IMG/VR virus record: IMGVR_UViG_3300010354_000087
Coordinates: 1 to 63,668 of that record
Source: a virus
Lineage: Duplodnaviria > Caudoviricetes
Reading direction: 5' to 3' (one strand)
Length of the DNA: 63,668 nt
Positions 58,121 through 63,668 of the stretch are shown here, in pieces. The notes under the pieces were generated by a model. That model searched no databases, had not been told where the DNA came from, and worked only from the letters and a program-made list of their open reading frames with translations. The position numbers were made by a program, and so were the translations under genes. How positions within the stretch are numbered: position 1 is the first letter of the stretch; every line of letters begins with the position of its first letter.

Positions 58121-60484
58121 ATGGCCTTACCGGTAAGAAATATACGACTAAGAGGTTTTAGTGCTAACACTTTAGATAATGCAAGCGGGTCAAGTGGCGA
58201 AATTTTTTGGGATCAAACAAATAATACACTGAGAATTTTTGCAGGAACAGGAGTAGGCGGAGCACAACTAGCCAAAAGTAACCTAGCTAATGTAGACAAT
58301 GCTGTATTTTTAGCCAAGGCCACAGCAGCAGGGATAGGTGCCAGTAGCGGTGAAGTAGAAGCTGGAACTCAGGGCAGTCTAGCCTATTATGCTGCGAATG
58401 GCACAGTATTAAATGGACAGGATAAACTATATTGGAACAATGATAAACTTACTATAACCGGTGAACTCACAGTTTCAGGCGCTAAAAACCGTATAAGGGC
58501 ACATTGGGATAGTCTAGCAGACCTACAAGCCGAAGTCAGTCCTTCAGTCTATCATGGCATGCTGGCTCATGCACACCTAGAAGGACGAGTTTATTTTGCC
58601 CACAGCGGATCATGGCAACCATTGGCCTTGCTCACCGACGTTCCTGGAACAACTAACAGCTTTGCTAATATTGCTGTAGCAGGACAAAATACTGTGGTCG
58701 CTAACTCGAGCACAGATACTCTTACCTTAGTAGGCGGAACAGGTATTACAGTCACTACCGATTCTACAACAGATACAATTACTATAACAGGACAAAGCAC
58801 TCAAAATACTTTTAGCACAGTGGCCGTGGCGGGACAGACAAATATTGTAGCTGATTCTACATCAGATACGCTGACCTTGGCAGCGGGTGCAGGCATTACA
58901 TTAACTACCAATGCTACTACAGATACTGTAACTATAACAGGAACAACTCCAGTTACAACTATAGATCAACTCAGTGATGTAGACACAACTACTACAGCAC
59001 CTTTAGTTGGACAGGTTTTAAAATGGTTTGGAACTAGTTGGAGACCTGCCACTGACGCTACGGTGGGAGGAGCAGGCACTGACGCGGATACCCTAGATGG
59101 ACAAGATAGTGCATTTTATCTTAATTTTACTAATCTTAACAATAAACCAAACATTTTTAAAACTATCAGTGTGGCTACTCAAGACAACATAGAACCAACT
59201 CAATTTGCAGATACACTAACCATAGCTGCTGGACCAAACGTAACTTTGGCCACCGATGCCACTACTAAAACTCTAACCATAGATAGCTCAGCTGCTCTAA
59301 GTTACAATCTTGATGTGGAAAATACAGTATCAGGAGCACTGATAAAACTAGTTGATAATGCTCTAACAGAAGACTCTGTGAATCTTATAGCAGGCTCAGG
59401 GATAACTCTTGTGGGTAATGCAGGAGCAGGTAGTATTACAATAACTAGCACAAGTCTTACCAATAGCTTTACCAGCATCGTGGTCAGCGGCAATGATACT
59501 GTTACAGCTACTACCAGTAATGAAACCCTGACCTTTGAAGCTGGAACTAATATTCAATTGGCCACTAATAATGAAACTAAAAAGATTATTATCAGTGCCA
59601 GCGGAGGAGGTGGCGGTGCTACCAATACATTTGGCACCATTGCTGTGTCAGGACAAAATAATGTTCAGGCCGATGATGTCAATGATACGCTTACTCTAGC
59701 AGCAGGCAGTGGAGTAAGTATTACTACAAATAGCACTACAGATACTATAACCTTTAGTAGTAGTATCAATACCTTTAGCAGTATGAATATCCAAGGAACT
59801 AGTATTGCGTCAGATAGCAGCACTTCTACTTTTAGTATTTTCCAAGGATCAGGCATAACATTGACCACAGACGTGGGCAACAAGGCCATGACAATCACCA
59901 ATGGCGGTGTAACACAAATCACTCAAGGAACTGGTATCAGCATAAGTCCTGGCACAGGCGTAGGTAATGTTACTATTAATAACAGTATCAGTAATATTAG
60001 CAACCTCACTGATGCTACCACTGCAATTTATCCCGCTTATTCAGGAGGTAGTGTAAACACCGGTAACTTTGGTGCAGTAACCGTAGACAAAGTTTTCTTG
60101 CAAGCTATTGCTAGAATAGGAGTTGCTTTTGTTTTTGACGGCACTAATGGTGGTAGTGGTTTTAGAATGGACAGTCACTATGGAAACACGCTAGATCCTA
60201 CAATCTATGCATTTACAGGCACAACCATTGCGTTTAATCTAAACTGTGCTGGGCACCCATTCCAAATTATGAACCCAGGTGGCACAGTGGCTACAACAGG
60301 TATTATATATGTCAGCACCTCAGGAGCAGTTTCCACTGCGGGTTCAGCAAATGTGGGCAGAACCAGCGGGACACTTTACTGGCAAATTCCAGAAACAGCT
60401 ACAGGTAACTATAGTTATCGTTGCACCAGCCATCCAACTCAGATGACGGGCACTATAACTCTTAAGAGAATAAGCTTATTATAA
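58121..60484 (+). CDS. Repeat-containing fibre protein with a C-terminal cupredoxin (type-1 copper)-like domain
   Basis: About six NxFxxIxVxGQ...DTLTLxxGxGITLTT repeats; GHPF...YRCTSHPTQMTGTI. Confidence 0.7.
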   Translation: MALPVRNIRLRGFSANTLDNASGSSGEIFWDQTNNTLRIFAGTGVGGAQLAKSNLANVDNAVFLAKATAAGIGASSGEVEAGTQGSLAYYAANGTVLNGQDKLYWNNDKLTITGELTVSGAKNRIRAHWDSLADLQAEVSPSVYHGMLAHAHLEGRVYFAHSGSWQPLALLTDVPGTTNSFANIAVAGQNTVVANSSTDTLTLVGGTGITVTTDSTTDTITITGQSTQNTFSTVAVAGQTNIVADSTSDTLTLAAGAGITLTTNATTDTVTITGTTPVTTIDQLSDVDTTTTAPLVGQVLKWFGTSWRPATDATVGGAGTDADTLDGQDSAFYLNFTNLNNKPNIFKTISVATQDNIEPTQFADTLTIAAGPNVTLATDATTKTLTIDSSAALSYNLDVENTVSGALIKLVDNALTEDSVNLIAGSGITLVGNAGAGSITITSTSLTNSFTSIVVSGNDTVTATTSNETLTFEAGTNIQLATNNETKKIIISASGGGGGATNTFGTIAVSGQNNVQADDVNDTLTLAAGSGVSITTNSTTDTITFSSSINTFSSMNIQGTSIASDSSTSTFSIFQGSGITLTTDVGNKAMTITNGGVTQITQGTGISISPGTGVGNVTINNSISNISNLTDATTAIYPAYSGGSVNTGNFGAVTVDKVFLQAIARIGVAFVFDGTNGGSGFRMDSHYGNTLDPTIYAFTGTTIAFNLNCAGHPFQIMNPGGTVATTGIIYVSTSGAVSTAGSANVGRTSGTLYWQIPETATGNYSYRCTSHPTQMTGTITLKRISLL

Positions 60485-60705
60485 CAACTACTTGGTTTGA
60501 GTCAGGGCACTATATTCATCCTCAGTGGGGTAAACAACCAATTTATACACAAGTATGGAAAGGCCCACGAGGCACTGTGCAGGCCACCAACATGGTCTTC
60601 TGCACTGACGACAAAGATGTATCAGAAGATCTTTACTGGAGTATAGTCAACTGCCTTGACGGTGTTTATCACTGCTGCTTTACTGGCCACTCCGCATGGC
60701 TGTAG
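60481..60705 (+). CDS. Possible 74-codon ORF with an ATA start overlapping the upstream TAA (or a start-lost pseudogene)
   Basis: ITTTWFESGHYIHPQWGKQPIYTQVWKGPRGTVQATNMVFC...HSAWL; fills an otherwise empty gap. Confidence 0.35.
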   Translation: MTTTWFESGHYIHPQWGKQPIYTQVWKGPRGTVQATNMVFCTDDKDVSEDLYWSIVNCLDGVYHCCFTGHSAWL

Positions 60706-60905
60706 CGGCGATATCGTCGTTGTTCATAATAGGCTATCCAGGGCAGCAGATGTGCAATACTCATAACTAGCCACATCCAAGTCATTTCGCTAAGTCCCAA
60801 AGTAAATCCGCAGATATGATCTGAATTAACGTAGCTCACAACTGCCAAGCAAAAAAATAAAGGTGCAGGAGCTAATCCTAATATAATTTTCACTGTTCTT
60901 AACAT
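60669..60905 (-). CDS. Small membrane protein (two hydrophobic segments)
   Basis: 78 aa; minus-strand TAAATA 5 nt upstream. Confidence 0.6.
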   Translation of the reverse strand: MLRTVKIILGLAPAPLFFCLAVVSYVNSDHICGFTLGLSEMTWMWLVMSIAHLLPWIAYYEQRRYRRYSHAEWPVKQQ

Positions 60906-60910
60906 ATTGT

Positions 60911-60925
60911 TATTTACGGTAAATA
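60911..60925. promoter_or_regulatory. Back-to-back late-promoter-like boxes TATTTA-cgg-TAAATA
   Basis: Same geometry as 23276-23290. Confidence 0.6.
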
Positions 60926-60944
60926 TTACAAGGCGGAGAATTTT

Positions 60945-61367
60945 ATGACTGCAAAAACAGCATTTAGAACTATTCTCACAGAGACCTACAGACTACATGG
61001 TTGGGACATACCTGAATATGTTCTAGCTTATAAAACAGAAATCTTATACGATCGTATGAGTCGCCCTAACTGGCAACCACAGCCCAGTTATGCAGAATGT
61101 TTCCTCAGTGTTAAAACCACAAGACAGGCCCTGGATTTGGCCAATACCTGCTGGTTCACTAGGGCTGTATTTCCCGAACTGGGCCAGCGTCATATTAGTT
61201 CTGACTACTATACTGATTTAGGACAGAGTTGTTATGATAGAGTTATTCAATCTAGTGCTGTAGCCAGCCCCACACTGGAAGCCATGCGAGACCATTTTGA
61301 TTTCCTAGCAGAAACAGCTTATACTGCTATTAGACATTTTGGCGATTTTCGTAGTATGTGGGATTAG
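60945..61367 (+). CDS. Hypothetical protein
   Basis: 140 aa, GGAG SD. Confidence 0.6.
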   Translation: MTAKTAFRTILTETYRLHGWDIPEYVLAYKTEILYDRMSRPNWQPQPSYAECFLSVKTTRQALDLANTCWFTRAVFPELGQRHISSDYYTDLGQSCYDRVIQSSAVASPTLEAMRDHFDFLAETAYTAIRHFGDFRSMWD

Positions 61368-62218
61368 CGCAGACGCCTGTTACGCAAACAGTCCATGTAG
61401 TGATGATAACGCCAATTTGGAACCACGTAGCTGATTGGTCTATATCTATCCAATTCTTTAAGATTATATAGATAACACTGCCCAGTTAGATTACTCACAG
61501 GCTCACTGTTTAGTTCTGCGGTTACTAGGTTATCTAAAATATCTGCAAATACGTCCCTTATAGATTCAGCATGAGTCTGTGTTTGCCTATGCACACTTCT
61601 ATCAAAAATTTGTAGACTGAGATTGGTTTCCCACCTGAGATTAGATAAGGTCTTCCTTAACAAGTCCACACTGTTTTCACACATAAATTCATCTATACTA
61701 ACATGTAATAATTTTAAGGGACTTATACCCAAGAGCCAATCATCTAATAACTGTCTTTGTTCGTTATTCTCTAAACTTTCAAAAAATAATTTATAATCTA
61801 TTTGCAAGATAGTGTCTAAACTGGGTAGATCTTCTCTGATATAACCATTATCAGCATCACTGCAAGTTCTATAAAATTGAGGACGGCTACCATTGTAGTT
61901 AGTGTGAAAATTGCTGGGATTTCCATACCAACGATAATAACACCGTCCATGTATACGATTTATAGGATCTATGACTAACTGGTTCTCCCTTTCTATTTTA
62001 ACATGCTGCCAGGCAACATGATGGCCATAGATACAGGGAGTCATAACTCTGGCTACAGGATCACGTAGTGTGGTATACTGGCGCAGCACACCGGCTGTGA
62101 TATTTAGGGCTAGTTGACTGTTAATACTATTCAAACTACTGGCGTGATTTTCTATTGTGTATTCCCGCACAGTAAAGCTAGGAATATGTTGCCGACTTCT
62201 TCCAAAGTGTATTTTCAT
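61364..62218 (-). CDS. Hypothetical protein
   Basis: 284-aa ORF with no recognised motif. Confidence 0.55.
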   Translation of the reverse strand: MKIHFGRSRQHIPSFTVREYTIENHASSLNSINSQLALNITAGVLRQYTTLRDPVARVMTPCIYGHHVAWQHVKIERENQLVIDPINRIHGRCYYRWYGNPSNFHTNYNGSRPQFYRTCSDADNGYIREDLPSLDTILQIDYKLFFESLENNEQRQLLDDWLLGISPLKLLHVSIDEFMCENSVDLLRKTLSNLRWETNLSLQIFDRSVHRQTQTHAESIRDVFADILDNLVTAELNSEPVSNLTGQCYLYNLKELDRYRPISYVVPNWRYHHYMDCLRNRRLR

Positions 62219-62310
62219 AATGTAGTTATTCCGTCGACATTAGACAGTCTAGCGAAACTGATAGCCCTCAACGCGACGAAGTCGCAGAGCGGAAAACGCT
62301 AAATATCACT

Positions 62311-62889
62311 ATGAAAATCCGAGAACTAATAGAACAGACTGATTTTGAATTGGCTAATCAAGAACCAAGTCAGCAAGACATAGACACTATACAGGACTTT
62401 ATAGACACTATAGATCCACAACAAGATACACCAAAACAAGTATTAACACGACTACAGCAACTACAACAAGAATATCCCCTACTTGATCGTATTACTGATA
62501 TGATACCACAGACTCGTATGGCTAAAGCAGTGGCACTGGCTGTGGATAGCTTGGTAGCCAACAGATCAATGGACGCACTAACACACTTGGGTCAAGTGGT
62601 TGGTGGACAGGTTGCTAAGGCCGCTACAGTGGCTAATACTGCACAGAGCTTGGCAAAAGGTGACTATATGGGTGCCGCTCGACAGGCCTTTGGCGCTACA
62701 CGATTAGGTCAGGATTATAATCGTGGACAGCAAATGGTCCAACGCTTTGATCAGGCAACACAGGCTTTGTCTAATCCACAACAGGCTTATACAGATTTGA
62801 AAAATCGTATTATTCCACAACAGGCACCTGCACCCGTAGATAATAAAACTGATGAACTAGAACGTGTAAAAAAACTGTCGGGAATTTAG
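62311..62889 (+). CDS. Hypothetical Gln/Ala-rich protein, possible internal head protein
   Basis: TAAATA 5 nt upstream; MKIRELIE start; ELERVKKLSGI end. Confidence 0.55.
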   Translation: MKIRELIEQTDFELANQEPSQQDIDTIQDFIDTIDPQQDTPKQVLTRLQQLQQEYPLLDRITDMIPQTRMAKAVALAVDSLVANRSMDALTHLGQVVGGQVAKAATVANTAQSLAKGDYMGAARQAFGATRLGQDYNRGQQMVQRFDQATQALSNPQQAYTDLKNRIIPQQAPAPVDNKTDELERVKKLSGI

Positions 62890-62893
62890 CTAT

Positions 62894-63496
62894 ATGCTGG
62901 TTAAAGAAGTTTTATTTGAGGCTTATCCGAGCATTGCTATTAAAAGCAAAACAACTGCCCAGCAGCAAACTCCTATACCAAAACCAGATGTGAACTTGAT
63001 GGCACTGACACAAATTCCAGGCGCTGCACCTGTAATTCGAGCAGCAGAACTGGCAGGCATCAAAGGCATAGAATTAGCACAGTTTATAGCTCAACTGAAA
63101 CACGAAAGTTGGAACTTTACTAGACTACAAGAAGTTCCCAAAGGAAACACTTACTTTAGACGCTACGATATTAAACATAATCCTAAACAGGCTAGATCCT
63201 TGGGCAATCGACATCAAGGAGACGGAGCTCGCTATAGAGGACGTGGTTATATACAGCTTACAGGCAGAGAAAACTACCAACGAGCAGGCAAGGCCTTGGG
63301 CATTGACCTAGTTAGACAACCAGAACTGGCAGCAAGACCTGACATAGCAGCTAGAGTGGCTGTATGGTATTGGACTAGTAGAGTTAGACCCTATGTGCGA
63401 GATTGGATGGATACAACACAGGTCACTAGACTGATTAATCCTGGACTAATGGGTCTACAGGATAGACAACGCAATTTTCAAGAATTGTTGAAATAG
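62894..63496 (+). CDS. Glycoside hydrolase family 19 (chitinase-like) lysin
   Basis: AQFIAQLKHES, LGN...GDGARYRGRGYIQLTGRENY, TRLINPG..GL.DR. Confidence 0.9.
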   Translation: MLVKEVLFEAYPSIAIKSKTTAQQQTPIPKPDVNLMALTQIPGAAPVIRAAELAGIKGIELAQFIAQLKHESWNFTRLQEVPKGNTYFRRYDIKHNPKQARSLGNRHQGDGARYRGRGYIQLTGRENYQRAGKALGIDLVRQPELAARPDIAARVAVWYWTSRVRPYVRDWMDTTQVTRLINPGLMGLQDRQRNFQELLK

Positions 63497-63668
63497 AATG
63501 TGTGGGAATTCGGCCCGAAATGGGTCCTGCATGGAAAAAAATTAGTGTCACGAAAATTTTTAATATAGGGTATTTTTCTCTCGACCTGGTGATTTTGCAC
63601 CTATGGGCATTAGCGTTAGTGCTACAAAATATAAAAAATAAAATTATATTCTGACCCCGACCCCTGAC

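Noticed and set aside
2864-62561. Many short antisense or nested ORFs in the track (e.g. 2864-3103, 9369-9812, 26519-26875, 47069-47440, 59665-59922)
   Set aside because: They are shadows of longer genes with recognisable motifs and have no promoter, SD or motif support
1-63668. Stop-codon reassignment, as seen in some large phages
   Set aside because: Core genes are full length under the standard code, and TAA, TGA and TAG all terminate genes at sensible positions
1-63668. tRNA or other structured RNA genes
   Set aside because: Intergenic gaps are short and none shows a cloverleaf or another recognisable RNA family by eye

Overview
A 63.7-kb segment of a large, AT-rich, T4-like (contractile-tailed) bacteriophage genome read with the standard genetic code. 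In order it holds: a 5'-truncated giant virion protein of about 2850 aa; a tandem array of nine paralogous small fibre/adhesin-like genes with two chaperone-like genes; two tryptophan-halogenase-family genes flanking a 2OG-Fe(II) oxygenase; neck and tail genes (gp15/14/13, sheath, tube, gp4); terminase subunits; the gp32-UvsX-UvsY-UvsW recombination genes interleaved with a glycosyltransferase island; a gp62-like gene; a 192-aa 'mini-DnaE'; primase, a microprotein, a carbamoyltransferase and the helicase; a repeat fibre ending in a blue-copper domain; and a GH19 lysin. Regulatory signals are T4-late-like TAAATA boxes and sigma70-like promoters, often placed to give leaderless mRNAs. The most striking signal is six tandem helical repeats in the giant virion protein that reproduce the phycobiliprotein Cys84 bilin-attachment motif (K/L-C-x-R-D-I-G-Y...Y...GG), suggesting a possibly bilin-pigmented virion. 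All family calls come from motif recognition by eye; no searches were run. No rRNA, tRNA, CRISPR array or reverse transcriptase was recognised.
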